DNA of 64,000 nt from an uncultured Clostridia bacterium (lineage in GTDB: Bacteria > Bacillota > Clostridia > TANB77 > CAG-508). The stretch lies in contig CANPWU010000001.1 in assembly GCA_947584805.1 (NCBI GenBank), forward strand, positions 45,138-109,137. The letters are read 5' to 3'. Under the pieces are notes generated by a model. That model was not told the DNA's origin. It did not search any database and was given only the letters and a program-made list of their open reading frames with translations. The position numbers and the translations under genes are program-made. This document shows, piece after piece, positions 1 to 11,078 of this stretch (positions are counted from its first letter, which is position 1; each line of letters starts with the position of its first letter).

Positions 1-1119
1 ATACTTGCAAACGGAGGAGATGTTTCTGGATTTAATGCAGTTATAAGGGGAATTGTTAAAACTGCAGAAAATAACGGAATTAAATGTTATGGGGTAATTG
101 AAGGATATAAAGGACTTCTTGAAAATAATTATATTGAGCTTGATTCATATTCAAATGCATCAGGAATTTTATATAAAGGTGGTTCAATAATTGGATCTTC
201 TACAAATGCAAATGTATTTAACTATAAAGTAGAAGAAGATGGAAAAATAGTTTACAAGGATTTATCTGATATATGCGTTAAAAATGTAAAAAAAGATGGA
301 TTTGATTGTATTTTTACACTTGGAGGAGATGGAACGCAAAAGTCTGCAAGAGATCTATATTTAAAAGGATTAAATATAATAGGAGTTCCAAAAACAATAG
401 ATAATGATGTTGCATGTACTGATATTACTTTTGGATATAACACAGCAGTATCTGTTGCAATGGAAGCATTAGATAGATTACATTCAACAGGAGAAACACA
501 TCACAGAATAATGGTTCTAGAAGTTATGGGAAGATATGCTGGATGGATAGCACTAGAATCTGCTATTGCAGGTGGAGGAGATGTTGCACTTATACCAGAG
601 ATCCCATTTGATTTAAAGAAAGTGGCTAAAAAAATAAAAGAAAGAATAAAAAAAGGAAAGAGATTTAGTTTAGTTGTTGTTGCAGAGGGTGCAATGCCAA
701 AAGATGGAGAAATTACTGTTAAAAGTACAAGAAATAATGGAACTGGAGTTGATAATACTAAACTCGGAGGAATTGGAGAAAAAGTTGCAGAAGAACTTCA
801 AAAACTTACAGGACTTGAGGCAAGAAATACAACTCTTGGTTATATGCAAAGAGGAGGAACTCCAACAGCTTATGATAGAGTTCTTTCTACAAAATATGGA
901 GCAAAAGCAATGGAACTTGCATTAGAAGGAAAATTTGGTGTACTTACAGTTCTAAAAAATGGAAAACTTGATTCAGTTCCACTAGAGAAAGTTGTAGGAA
1001 AAAACAAAGAAATTGGTGCTGTTTCTGGAAATACTAAAGAGAGCAATTTAAGAAGAGTTACAATGGATGATGATTTAGTTAAAACTGCAAGAAATATAGG
1101 CATTTCATTAGGAGATTAA
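1..1119 (+). CDS. pfkA: ATP-dependent 6-phosphofructokinase (5' partial)
   Basis: Frame 1 is open from base 1. Translation ILANGGDVSGFNAVIRG...TLGGDGTQKSA...GVPKTIDNDV...MGRYAGWIAL...GYMQRGG carries PFK family motifs. Stop at 1117-1119. Confidence 0.9.
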   Translation: MLANGGDVSGFNAVIRGIVKTAENNGIKCYGVIEGYKGLLENNYIELDSYSNASGILYKGGSIIGSSTNANVFNYKVEEDGKIVYKDLSDICVKNVKKDGFDCIFTLGGDGTQKSARDLYLKGLNIIGVPKTIDNDVACTDITFGYNTAVSVAMEALDRLHSTGETHHRIMVLEVMGRYAGWIALESAIAGGGDVALIPEIPFDLKKVAKKIKERIKKGKRFSLVVVAEGAMPKDGEITVKSTRNNGTGVDNTKLGGIGEKVAEELQKLTGLEARNTTLGYMQRGGTPTAYDRVLSTKYGAKAMELALEGKFGVLTVLKNGKLDSVPLEKVVGKNKEIGAVSGNTKESNLRRVTMDDDLVKTARNIGISLGD

Positions 1120-1328
1120 TTGTTACTGAAATAATAATTTATTCAAAAAGTTTCCGCCTAACTTTGGGAGTAATATATATTAATTTGACTTGCTCCTTAC
1201 TGGCTAACGCCATTCGCCTAGGGTCATTTCCGTTCCGAGGGAGCTTCCCTGCGCGTCGCTACGTAAATTAATATATATTACTTCCAAACGGCTGAAAACT
1301 ACTTGTATATTATTTCACTAACAATTAA
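1117..1328. repeat. Imperfect palindromic intergenic element A with CpG-rich core (1187-1264)
   Basis: Outer arms ttaattgttaCtgaaataata / tattatttcaCtaacaattaa. Inner arms gggagtaatatatattaattt / aaattaatatatattacttcc with one G-T wobble on the + strand. The core is much GC-richer than the surroundings. Confidence 0.6.
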
Positions 1329-1359
1329 TTCATAGTTATAAAAGATAGGAGCTAGCAGA

Positions 1360-3066
1360 ATGATAAATTTTAAAGAAGAAATAGCAAAAGCTATAGCAAA
1401 AAAAATAGAGATAAATTATGATGAGATATTGCTAAGTATAGAAATTCCAAAGGAAGAAAAACAAGGAGATTATGCATTTCCTTGTTTTAGACTTGCAAAG
1501 GTTTTAAAAAAATCTCCGCAAGCTATTGCAGAGGAAATAAGCAAAGAGCTTGAATTAGATGAAGCTTTAATCAAAAAAACAGAAGTAATTGGCGGATATC
1601 TTAATTTTTTTGTAAACAAAGAGGCTATAGCAAGAACTGTTGTAGAAGAAATTAAAAATAAGAAAGAAGATTATGGTAAATCAGATTTTGGAAAAGGAAA
1701 GAATATTATTGTAGAATATTCTTCTCCCAATATTGCAAAACCTTTCCACATAGGACATTTAAGAACTACATTAATTGGACGTGCTCTATATAATACATAT
1801 AAATATCTTGGATATAACACAATTGGTATTAATCATTTAGGAGATTATGGAACTCAATTTGGAAAGATGATTGAGGGATATAAAAGATGGCATGAAGAAT
1901 ATAATTTTGAGGATCCAATTGAGGATTTAACTAAAATATATGTTAGAATTAATGAGCTTTGCAAAGAAGATGAAGAAGTACTTGAAATTTGCAGAGAGAA
2001 TTTCAAAAAACTTGAAGAAAGAAATGATTATGAAGTAACTCTTTGGAAAAAAATGAAAGAGCTAAGTTTAGAGGAATTTAACAAAATATATGATTTATTA
2101 GATATTAAGTTCGATTCTTTAAATGGAGAAGCTTTTTATTCTGATAAAATGCAAGAGGTAATAGATAAGCTAGAAAGTACTGGAAAACTTGTGGAATCAC
2201 AAGGAGCAAAAATAATTGACTTAAGCGATAAAGGAATGTCTCCTTGTATGATTTGCAAGTCAAATGGTTCTAGTATTTATGCAACACGTGATTTAGCTGC
2301 TATTCTTTACAGGGCAAGAGAATATGACTTTGATAAATGTCTATATGTTGTTGCATATGAGCAGAATTTGCATTTTAAACAAATATTTGAAGTTGCAAAA
2401 TTACTTGGATTGGATGAAAAATATATCAATGGATTAGAACATGTATCATATGGTATGGTACATTTAAAAACAGGAAAAATGTCTACACGTGAAGGAAATG
2501 TGATAAAGGTAAAAGATCTACTTGATGAATCTATAGAAAGAGCAAATAAAATTTTAGAAGAGAAAAATCCAAATATCCAAAATAAAGAAGATATTGCAAA
2601 GAAAGTTGGTATTGGTGCAATTATTTTTAATGATTTGGCAAATAGTAGAATAAAAGATGAAATCTTTGACTGGGATCAAATTTTAAATTTCCAAGGAGAA
2701 ACAGGACCATACATGCAATATATATATGTAAGGACTAAAAGTGTTCTTGAAAGTGCAAATTCTGAAATTGATATGAATAATATAGATGTTTCAAAGTTAT
2801 TAGATGATGAGTCTGTAAAAGTTTTAAAAGATATATATAAATTTGAAGATATTCTAAAGAGTGTTACAGATAAAAATGAACCATACATACTTTCAAGATA
2901 TCTTATAGAACTTGCAAAAGATTATAGTACTTTTTATAATACATATAAAATTTTAGTAGAAGATAAAGCTACACAAAATGCTAGATTATTTTTAACTTAT
3001 ATGGTAAATATTGTTTTAAATTCAGGTGCTAATATACTTGGAATTAAAATGCCAGATAGAATGTAG
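1360..3066 (+). CDS. argS: Arginine--tRNA ligase
   Basis: 568 aa ORF with RBS aggagc upstream. Class I HIGH-type motif PFHIGHLR and typical ArgRS N- and C-terminal domains. Confidence 0.95.
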   Translation: MINFKEEIAKAIAKKIEINYDEILLSIEIPKEEKQGDYAFPCFRLAKVLKKSPQAIAEEISKELELDEALIKKTEVIGGYLNFFVNKEAIARTVVEEIKNKKEDYGKSDFGKGKNIIVEYSSPNIAKPFHIGHLRTTLIGRALYNTYKYLGYNTIGINHLGDYGTQFGKMIEGYKRWHEEYNFEDPIEDLTKIYVRINELCKEDEEVLEICRENFKKLEERNDYEVTLWKKMKELSLEEFNKIYDLLDIKFDSLNGEAFYSDKMQEVIDKLESTGKLVESQGAKIIDLSDKGMSPCMICKSNGSSIYATRDLAAILYRAREYDFDKCLYVVAYEQNLHFKQIFEVAKLLGLDEKYINGLEHVSYGMVHLKTGKMSTREGNVIKVKDLLDESIERANKILEEKNPNIQNKEDIAKKVGIGAIIFNDLANSRIKDEIFDWDQILNFQGETGPYMQYIYVRTKSVLESANSEIDMNNIDVSKLLDDESVKVLKDIYKFEDILKSVTDKNEPYILSRYLIELAKDYSTFYNTYKILVEDKATQNARLFLTYMVNIVLNSGANILGIKMPDRM

Positions 3067-3159
3067 ATTTATTAATTTTATATTTATTTTATTGATTTTT
3101 ATAATTTCATAAGATATAATATTTAAGGTACTTTTGTTTATTATATAAAGGAGAAAATT

Positions 3160-4291
3160 ATGGCTAATCAAAAGAAAACAGTAGGGAAACATAGTAAAGA
3201 TTTTGATGAAGAAAAAATAGAAGATAATAGAAAAAATAGCAAGAAGAAAAATAAAAAAAAGAAAAAGAAATCGTCTAAAATTGTTAGAATAATAAAGAAA
3301 ATATTGATATTATTTATTATATTTATTGTTATAGCTCTTGGAATTATTGCGGGTTATGCATATAATTTATGGAGTCAAATTGATCATGATAATGATTTTG
3401 ATAAAAATCAAATAGAAATAAATGAAGGGGTATCAACGAAGGGTTATTATAATATATTATTGTTTGGAGTGGATGCAAGAAATCAAGAAAACAGTTATGA
3501 AGGTTCTTTAAGTGATGTTATTATGGTTGTTAGTATAAATCAAGATACTAAAAAAATAAAAATTGCATCTGTTTATAGAGATACATATTTGCAAATTACA
3601 GGAAAATCATTTGATAAAGTAACTCATGCATTTAAGAGTGGAGGACCTGCTCTTTCAATGAGTACGATAAACACTAATTTGGATTTAGATATTACAGATT
3701 ATGTTGCAATAAACTTTAATGTTGTTGTGGATGTTGTAGATGCGGTTGGTGGAGTTACGCTAGATATAACTCGGAGAAGAAGTTAAATATATTAATGAAT
3801 ATATAGATGAAGTTAATAAAACAACTGGACATAAATCAAAACATATAACAAAAGCAGGAACGTATACTTTAGATGGTGTACAAGCCACGGCTTATGCTAG
3901 AATTAGATATACTGCTGGAGGAGATTGGAAAAGAACAGAAAGACAAAGACAAGTTTTAAGTTTGGTATTTGAAAAAATTAAGACTATGAAAATTTCTGAA
4001 CTTAATAATCTTGCCAATACTATACTTAAGGAAGTTTCTACAAATATAAATACTTATCAAGTCTTGTATTTGGCTTCTCAAGCTGGAGCATATGAGATAG
4101 AAGAAACAAAAGGATGGCCAGGAGAAGTTGCTGATTATCAACCAAATGGAATATGGTATGGGGTTCCAAGAAATCTTGAAAAAGAAGTAAAAGAATTACA
4201 TGAATTTTTATTCGATGAAGAAAATTATGAGGTTTCAAGCAATGTTAAGAGCATTAGTAATGCTTTAATTAAAAAAACAGGTATAAAATAA
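3160..4291 (+). CDS. LCP (LytR-CpsA-Psr) family protein; needs a +1 shift at 3772
   Basis: Lys-rich N-terminus plus a TM segment. LCP core LFGVDAR...SDVIMVVS...RDTY. After skipping C3772 the frame continues GEEVKYINEY...LDGVQATAYARIRY...TERQRQVL to the stop at 4291. Confidence 0.8.
3772..3774 (+). other. Zero-frame CGG / +1 site (ACT CGG AGA read as ACT-GGA-GAA)
   Basis: The zero frame stops 4 codons later. The +1 frame restores the LCP C-terminal domain. Confidence 0.85.
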
Positions 4292-4379
4292 TTATTGACT
4301 TTTTAACTAAATTATTAGATAATTAATATGATAAAATACAAAAGATATTTGCATAAAATACAAAGGAGGAATTAAAATA

Positions 4380-6953
4380 ATGTATTTATTTAATAAGATA
4401 ACAGTAAATCCACAATTGCCTAAAAGAATAGAGAAATTATCAGTTGTTGCAAATAATTTATGGTGGTCATGGAATTCTGATTTTTTAAGATTATTTAAAA
4501 TGATAGATATTGACCTTTGGGAAAATATAGGAAAAAACCCTACAAAATTTTTGAAATTAATATCACAGGAAAAATTAGAAGAATACTCTAAAAAACCAGA
4601 GTTTTTAAAAGAGTATGATAGAATAATAAATAATTTTGAATCTTATATGAATAGTAAAAATACTTTATTTTCTAAAAAATATCCAGAAAATAAAAATGAT
4701 TTAATTGCATATTTTTCAGCTGAATATGGTTTAGATGAAATTATGCAAATATATTCAGGTGGACTTGGAATTCTTTCAGGAGATCACCTAAAAGCTGCAA
4801 GTGATTTAGGAATTCCAATTGTAGGAATTGGACTTTTATATAAAAAAGGATATTTCCATCAAGTTATAAATGGAGCGGGAAGACAAGAAAATACATATTA
4901 TGATATAGATTTAGAAAATCTTCCAATTACACCTGTTTTAGATGAATTTGGAAATGATTTAATAATAGATTCAAGAATTCAGAGAAAAAGATTATTTTTA
5001 AAAGCTTGGCAAGTCAATATAGGACGTGTTAAATTATATTTATTAGATTCTGATATTGATGAAAATGTTGATCAAGATTTTAGAGAAATAACAAAATATT
5101 TATATGGAGGAGATCAAGAAACAAGAATAAGACAAGAGATTGTTTTAGGAATGGGAGGAACAAACTTACTAGATAGATTAAAATTATCTCCAACTGTTTA
5201 TCACATGAATGAAGGACATTCTGCATTTATGCTACTTGAGCTTGCAAGAAAATTAGTAGAAGAAAAGAAAATTTCATTTAGAAATGCAATTAGTATAGTT
5301 TCTTCTAAGACTGTATTTACAACACATACACCAGTTCCTGCAGGTAATGATATTTTCCCTATTGAACTTATGGAAAAATATTTTAAGAACTTCTGGCCAA
5401 GACTAGGAATAGAAAGAGAAGAATTTTTAAGACTTGGAATGAATCCAAAAGAAGAACTAGAGCCTGGATTCAACATGGGAATATTTGCTTTAAAAATAGC
5501 AGGAAAGAAAAATGGAGTTAGTAAATTGCATGGTGGAGTTTCAAGAGAACTATTTGGAGATATTTGGCCTGATATTGCAGCTAATGAGTCTCCAATTGGC
5601 TATGTTACAAATGGCGTACATACTTGTTCATGGCTTGCACCTACAATGAAAGAGTTATATAATAAATATTTACAACCATATTGGCAAGATAATATACATA
5701 TAAGAAGTACATGGGATAGAATATATAATATTCCAAATAAAGAATTATGGGATGTTCATTATTCTAGAAAATTAAAACTTTTACAATTAGTTAGAACAAA
5801 TACAATTAATAGGCTTAGAAGAAACGGAATGAGATATGATGATATAATGGATATTGTATCAAAACTTGATCCGAATGCTCTTACAATAGGATTTGCAAGA
5901 AGATTTGCAACATATAAGAGGGGCACATTGATTTTCCGTGATTTAGAAAGAATTACACAAATTTTAAATAATAGTAAAACACCAGTACAAATTATATTTG
6001 CAGGAAAGGCTCACCCAAGAGATATTGAGGGGCAAGATTTAATTAGACAGATACATGAAATTTCAATGAAGCCACAATTTAAAGGCAAGATTTTCTTCCT
6101 TGAAGATTATGATATTGCGATGTCAAGATATTTAGTAAGTGGAGTAGATATTTGGTTAAATAATCCAAGACGTCCTATGGAAGCATCAGGAACAAGCGGA
6201 CAGAAGGCTTCTATAAATGGCGTATTAAACTTTAGCATATTAGACGGCTGGTGGGTAGAAGGCTACAATAAAGAAAATGGTTGGATTATTGGAAAAAATA
6301 AAGATTATGATTCATACGAAGTACAAGATAATGAAGACTCACAAAGCATTTATGATACACTAGAAAATAAAATAATACCTATATATTATCAAAGAGAAAA
6401 TGGAGAAGAATTTTCTAATAAGTGGGTAGAACTTATGAAAAATTCTATTGTATCAACTGCAGGAGAATATAGTACAGCCAGAATGCTTATGGATTATACA
6501 GAAAAAATGTATATACCACTTTGCAATTTATATAATAAATATTATTCAGATTTGGAAAATGTAATAAGATTTAATGAATGGTTAGATGATATAAAGAATA
6601 GATGGGATGGTATCAAGATAAGGCAATTAGATAATTTAAATGGAGTAGTTATTGATGCAGGCAATAATATTGAAGTAAAGTGTGAAGTTGATCTTCAAAA
6701 TATTGATCCTAAATATATATCTGTTCAAGTATATTCTGGAAAAGTTCTAGAAAACGGAATTTTAGAAGATATAAGTGTAAAAGAAATGGAACCTGAAGAA
6801 AAAAATAGTAATATTTATAAAGCAAAAATAAGCTTAACCACAGGTGGAGATTATGGTTATACCTTTAGGGTAATGCCAAAACATGAAATGGTACTTGATG
6901 CACAAAATTTAAATCTAATAAAATGGATTACAGATGATATGCAAAAGAAATAA
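4380..6953 (+). CDS. glgP: Alpha-glucan phosphorylase (GT35, DUF3417-type)
   Basis: 857 aa. NLWWSWN N-terminal motif and the EASGTSGQKA pyridoxal-phosphate lysine region. Confidence 0.85.
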   Translation: MYLFNKITVNPQLPKRIEKLSVVANNLWWSWNSDFLRLFKMIDIDLWENIGKNPTKFLKLISQEKLEEYSKKPEFLKEYDRIINNFESYMNSKNTLFSKKYPENKNDLIAYFSAEYGLDEIMQIYSGGLGILSGDHLKAASDLGIPIVGIGLLYKKGYFHQVINGAGRQENTYYDIDLENLPITPVLDEFGNDLIIDSRIQRKRLFLKAWQVNIGRVKLYLLDSDIDENVDQDFREITKYLYGGDQETRIRQEIVLGMGGTNLLDRLKLSPTVYHMNEGHSAFMLLELARKLVEEKKISFRNAISIVSSKTVFTTHTPVPAGNDIFPIELMEKYFKNFWPRLGIEREEFLRLGMNPKEELEPGFNMGIFALKIAGKKNGVSKLHGGVSRELFGDIWPDIAANESPIGYVTNGVHTCSWLAPTMKELYNKYLQPYWQDNIHIRSTWDRIYNIPNKELWDVHYSRKLKLLQLVRTNTINRLRRNGMRYDDIMDIVSKLDPNALTIGFARRFATYKRGTLIFRDLERITQILNNSKTPVQIIFAGKAHPRDIEGQDLIRQIHEISMKPQFKGKIFFLEDYDIAMSRYLVSGVDIWLNNPRRPMEASGTSGQKASINGVLNFSILDGWWVEGYNKENGWIIGKNKDYDSYEVQDNEDSQSIYDTLENKIIPIYYQRENGEEFSNKWVELMKNSIVSTAGEYSTARMLMDYTEKMYIPLCNLYNKYYSDLENVIRFNEWLDDIKNRWDGIKIRQLDNLNGVVIDAGNNIEVKCEVDLQNIDPKYISVQVYSGKVLENGILEDISVKEMEPEEKNSNIYKAKISLTTGGDYGYTFRVMPKHEMVLDAQNLNLIKWITDDMQKK

Positions 6954-7060
6954 AAATTATAAAAAATTCAAAAAAACTATTGCAAAAAATATATAAAGAA
7001 ATATATAATATAAATATATTGAAATTTAAAAATAAATACAAATGAAAAGGAGGAATAAAA

Positions 7061-7402
7061 ATGCTAGTTATAGATTTAACTCAACCACTTATTGCACTTC
7101 TTTGTATAGCTTCTATAATTTGTGCAATTTTCTTAGGACATGAAATCAAAAGAGCGGTAGTACCAGCAGTTGCACTAGTATTATGTATTGCGTTATTATT
7201 GGTTCATACTTTCCAATTATTTATATTTGGAGTAAACTATATAGAATATCAAAATATACTTTCAATTTCAATGATATATGACTTTGGATTTATATTAATT
7301 ACATACTTATCTTACTTGTGGATAGATGACATTGAAGCAAAGTATAAAAACAAAAAAAATATTGACAATAGTTTAGAATGGTTTTGGAGTAAAATAGTAT
7401 AG
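7061..7402 (+). CDS. Small hypothetical membrane protein
   Basis: 113 aa with three hydrophobic segments, strong RBS aaaggagg, and a hairpin following. Confidence 0.5.
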   Translation: MLVIDLTQPLIALLCIASIICAIFLGHEIKRAVVPAVALVLCIALLLVHTFQLFIFGVNYIEYQNILSISMIYDFGFILITYLSYLWIDDIEAKYKNKKNIDNSLEWFWSKIV

Positions 7403-7431
7403 TTTAGAAAATATTTAGAAAAAATTAAATT

Positions 7432-7465
7432 GCAGTACATATAAGCTTATATATGTACTGCGTTT
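7432..7465 (+). terminator. Rho-independent terminator
   Basis: Perfect hairpin gcagtacatataagcttatatatgtactgc followed by gtttt. Confidence 0.55.
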
Positions 7466-7493
7466 TATATATAAAAGATAAGGAGAAATAAAT

Positions 7494-8165
7494 ATGGGAA
7501 AATTAATAGTAATTGATGGAACAGATGGAAGCGGAAAAGAGACACAAATGAAAATTTTGAAGAATAAATTAAATGAAAAAAATATTGATTTTAGGAGAGT
7601 GAGTTTTCCAAATTATGATTCTCCTTCTTCTAGTTTAGTAAAAATGTATTTAAGTGGAGAGTTTGGAACAGATTCAAATACTATAAGTCCATATATTGCT
7701 TCAACTTTTTATGCTGCTGATAGATATGCAACATATAAAAAAGATTTAGAAGAATATTATATATCTGGTGGACTTATACTTGCAGATAGATATACAACTG
7801 CAAATATGATTCATCAAGCTGGAAAAATACATAACTTTGAAGAAAGAAAAAAATTTTTAAATTGGCTTTGGGATCTTGAATTTAATATATATAAAATTCC
7901 AATTCCAGATAAAGTATTTTTCTTAAATATGCCAACTGAAATTGCTTTAAAATTAATAGAAAATAGAAAGAATAAATTTGATGAAAACGCAGTAAAAGAT
8001 ATTCATGAAAGAGACAAAACACATTTAATAAATAGCTATAATGCTGCATGTGATGTCGCAAAAGATTATAATTGGGATGTTATTAATTGCACAGAAAACG
8101 GAATATTAAGAACAAGAGAAGAAATAGGAGAAGAAATATTTAAGGCTGTTGAGGCGATATTATGA
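7494..8165 (+). CDS. tmk: Thymidylate kinase-like nucleotide kinase
   Basis: P-loop IDGTDGSGKETQ and a DRY motif (LADRYTTANM). Confidence 0.7.
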   Translation: MGKLIVIDGTDGSGKETQMKILKNKLNEKNIDFRRVSFPNYDSPSSSLVKMYLSGEFGTDSNTISPYIASTFYAADRYATYKKDLEEYYISGGLILADRYTTANMIHQAGKIHNFEERKKFLNWLWDLEFNIYKIPIPDKVFFLNMPTEIALKLIENRKNKFDENAVKDIHERDKTHLINSYNAACDVAKDYNWDVINCTENGILRTREEIGEEIFKAVEAIL

Positions 8166-8752
8166 AAATAGGTTTTTTTGGAGGCTCATTTAATCCTCCA
8201 ACAAATGGACATATTAATTTAGCTAAAAAAGCAATTAGTGAATGTAATTTAGATAAAGTTATATTTGTCCCAATGGGAGATTTATATGAAAAGAAAAATC
8301 TTGTAAGTGCAAAACATAGATTTAATATGTTAAAAATTGCATGCTTAAGTGATAATGTAAATAATTTTGAAGTCTCTGATTTAGAAATTAAAGAAAAGAA
8401 AAGATTATTTGCAATTGAAGCTTTTAGAATAATTGAAAAAAAATATCCAGAAGCAGAAAAATTTTTTATAATGGGAGCAGATAATTTTATAAATATACTA
8501 AATTGGAAAGAAAGTGAAGAACTTTTAAATAAATATAAATATATAGTTTTTGAAAGGGAAAATATAGATATAAAAAAGTTTATAAATGAAAATTTGAAAA
8601 AATATAAAGTACAAGTTATGGTAATAGAAAACATTGAACATAAAGCTACAAGTTCAAGCAAATTTAGAGAAAAAAGACAAGAAAATAATATACAAAATAT
8701 TGTTCAAAAAGAAGTGCTAGATTATATTATAAAAAACAAAATATATTGCTAA
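8162..8752 (+). CDS. nadD: Nicotinate-nucleotide adenylyltransferase
   Basis: GGSFNPPTNGHINLA (H/T-x-G-H) motif and a C-terminal SSSKFR (ISST-like) motif. Overlaps the tmk stop by 4 nt. Confidence 0.85.
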   Translation: MKIGFFGGSFNPPTNGHINLAKKAISECNLDKVIFVPMGDLYEKKNLVSAKHRFNMLKIACLSDNVNNFEVSDLEIKEKKRLFAIEAFRIIEKKYPEAEKFFIMGADNFINILNWKESEELLNKYKYIVFERENIDIKKFINENLKKYKVQVMVIENIEHKATSSSKFREKRQENNIQNIVQKEVLDYIIKNKIYC

Positions 8753-8873
8753 AGTAAAATTTTTATAAAAATTTTCAAAAAATTAACAAAAACTTAAAAA
8801 TATATGATACAATAACAAAGTAGGTTTAAAAGTTTTTGATCTATAATGAAAAAATAGAAAGGAAAAATAAAAA

Positions 8874-9581
8874 ATGGAGGACGTAAAGTATAAACGTGTG
8901 CTTCTAAAGTTAAGCGGAGAAGCACTTGCAGGAGATAACAAAACAGGAGTATATGCAGAAGTAATAGGAAAGATTTGCGATGAAATAAAAAAAGTAGTTG
9001 AAATGGGAGTACAAGTTGGAATAGTAGTTGGAGGAGGAAACTTTTGGAGAGGAAGATATGGACATCAAATGGAAAGAACAACATCTGATTATATGGGAAT
9101 GCTTGCAACAGCAATGAATGGACTTGCTCTTCAAGATACATTAGAGGCAAGAGGAATAAAAACAAGACTTCAAACAGCAATTGAAATGAGACAAATTGCA
9201 GAACCATATATAAAGAGAAAAGCAATAAAACATTTAGAACATAATAGAGTTGTTATATTTGCTTGTGGAACTGGTAACCCATATTTTACAACAGATACAG
9301 CTGCAGCATTAAGAGCAGCAGAAATAGATGCAGAAGTAATCTTACTTGCTAAGACAATTGATGGAGTATATTCAGCTGATCCAAAAATAGACAGTTCAGC
9401 TGTTAAATATGATAAAATATCATATATTGATATTTTAAATAAAGACTTAAAAGTTATGGACTCAACTGCAACCTCACTTTGCAGAGACAATAATATTCCA
9501 CTTCGTGTATTTGCAATTGCAGAACCTGAGAATATAGTAAAGATAATCAAAGGAGAAAATATAGGTACGGTAGTAGAATAA
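8874..9581 (+). CDS. pyrH: UMP kinase
   Basis: [12 protein letters not shown]...[10 protein letters not shown] motifs; 235 aa. Confidence 0.95.
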   Translation: MEDVKYKRVLLKLSGEALAGDNKTGVYAEVIGKICDEIKKVVEMGVQVGIVVGGGNFWRGRYGHQMERTTSDYMGMLATAMNGLALQDTLEARGIKTRLQTAIEMRQIAEPYIKRKAIKHLEHNRVVIFACGTGNPYFTTDTAAALRAAEIDAEVILLAKTIDGVYSADPKIDSSAVKYDKISYIDILNKDLKVMDSTATSLCRDNNIPLRVFAIAEPENIVKIIKGENIGTVVE

Positions 9582-9599
9582 TTTAAGGGAGGAAATTTT

Positions 9600-10148
9600 A
9601 TGGATTTTAGCAGTGTTGAAGAAAGAATGGATAAAACAATTAGTGTTTTAAATGAAAATTTTGCAGAAATAAGAGCAGGAAGAGCAAATCCTGCAATACT
9701 TAATAAAATTAAAGTAGATTATTACGGAGTTTCAACTCCAATAAGCCAAGTTGCAGGTATATCAGTACCAGAGGCAAGATTAATTTTAATTCAACCTTGG
9801 GATATGAGTATTTTAAAAGAAGTAGAAAAGGCAATACTTGCATCAGATATAGGAATTACACCAAATAATGACGGAAAGGTAATAAGACTTGCTTTCCCTG
9901 AATTAAATGAAGAAAGAAGAAAAGAAATAGTAAAAGAAATTAAAAAAATTGCAGAAGAAGCAAAAGTTTCAATTCGTTCAATAAGAAGAGACGGATTAGA
10001 TGAAGCTAAAAAAGAACAAAAAGATGGAAACATAACAGAAGATGATTTAAGAAATGCAGAAACTAAAATTCAAAAATTAACAGATAGCAAAATTGAAAAA
10101 ATAGACGAAATTCTTGCAAATAAAGAAAAAGAAGTAATGAGTGTTTAA
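9600..10148 (+). CDS. frr: Ribosome recycling factor
   Basis: 182 aa with typical RRF sequence IRAGRANPAILNKI...IRRD. Conserved pyrH-frr-uppS-cdsA synteny. Confidence 0.95.
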   Translation: MDFSSVEERMDKTISVLNENFAEIRAGRANPAILNKIKVDYYGVSTPISQVAGISVPEARLILIQPWDMSILKEVEKAILASDIGITPNNDGKVIRLAFPELNEERRKEIVKEIKKIAEEAKVSIRSIRRDGLDEAKKEQKDGNITEDDLRNAETKIQKLTDSKIEKIDEILANKEKEVMSV

Positions 10149-10161
10149 GAAAGGCACAAAA

Positions 10162-11052
10162 ATGGATTTTAAAGAAGAATTAAAAAAATATGTAGACATT
10201 GTAAATGCTGAACTTGAAAAGCATGTAAGACATGAGAAATGCCCAGAAGAGATGCTAAATGAATCTATGGCATATAGTTTAATTAGTTCAGCAAAAAGAT
10301 TAAGACCCATACTTATGATAACAACTTATAAATTATTTAAAGATAATTATGAAACAGTATTTCCATATGCTACTGCAATGGAAATGATACATAATTTTTC
10401 TCTTATTCATGATGATCTTCCAGGAATCGATAATGATGATTTTAGACATGGAAAGCCTACTAATCACAAAAAATTTAATGAATCAACAGCAATACTTGCA
10501 GGAGATGCACTTTTAAATAATGCATATATTGTAATAAGTAATGATATTTTAAAAGAAAAAGATATAGAACTTAGAGAAAATAAAATTAGGGCTTTTAATG
10601 AACTTAGCGTAGCAGTTGATAGAATGATTGCTGGTGAATATGTTGATACTGAATTTGAAGGAAAAGAAATTTCAAATGAGTATTTAGAATATATGCATAA
10701 TAATAAAACAGGAGCATTAATAAAGGCATCTGTAAAATTAGGAGGAATTCTTGCTGGAAAGTCAGATGAAGAGTTAAAAAATCTTATACAATATGCAGAA
10801 AAAATTGGCCTTGCATTTCAAATTAAAGATGATATTTTGTCAGAAATTGGGGATGAAAAAATCTTAGGCAAACCAGTTGGAAATGATAGGGAACATGGAA
10901 AAGTTACATTCGTTACAAAATATGGATTGGAAAAAGCAAAAGAAATTTTAGAAGACACAATAAAAGATGGCATAATGAACTTAAAAGAATATGGAGAAAA
11001 AGCCGAATTTTTAAGAGAACTTGCTTTATATATTAGAGATAGACAAAAGTAG
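10162..11052 (+). CDS. ispA: Polyprenyl (farnesyl/geranylgeranyl) diphosphate synthase
   Basis: First Asp-rich motif LIHDDLPGIDNDDFRHG and second motif FQIKDDILS. The ATG at 10162 has RBS aagaaagg; the upstream ATG at 10141 is less likely. Confidence 0.8.
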   Translation: MDFKEELKKYVDIVNAELEKHVRHEKCPEEMLNESMAYSLISSAKRLRPILMITTYKLFKDNYETVFPYATAMEMIHNFSLIHDDLPGIDNDDFRHGKPTNHKKFNESTAILAGDALLNNAYIVISNDILKEKDIELRENKIRAFNELSVAVDRMIAGEYVDTEFEGKEISNEYLEYMHNNKTGALIKASVKLGGILAGKSDEELKNLIQYAEKIGLAFQIKDDILSEIGDEKILGKPVGNDREHGKVTFVTKYGLEKAKEILEDTIKDGIMNLKEYGEKAEFLRELALYIRDRQK

Positions 11053-11078
11053 AAATTAAAATGTAGTTTTAGGAAGGA

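Noticed and set aside
674-925. Alternative-frame ORF inside pfkA
   Set aside because: It is nested in the PFK coding frame, which has clear motifs, and there is no independent support for it.
1120-1359. T-box leader upstream of argS
   Set aside because: No specifier-loop/GA-motif arrangement and no conserved T-box sequence or antiterminator could be found. The region is instead a two-tier palindrome.
8140-9550. Antisense ORFs 8140-8661, 8794-9225, 8910-9134 and 9170-9550
   Set aside because: They are shadow ORFs opposite nadD and pyrH, with low-complexity translations and no start signals.
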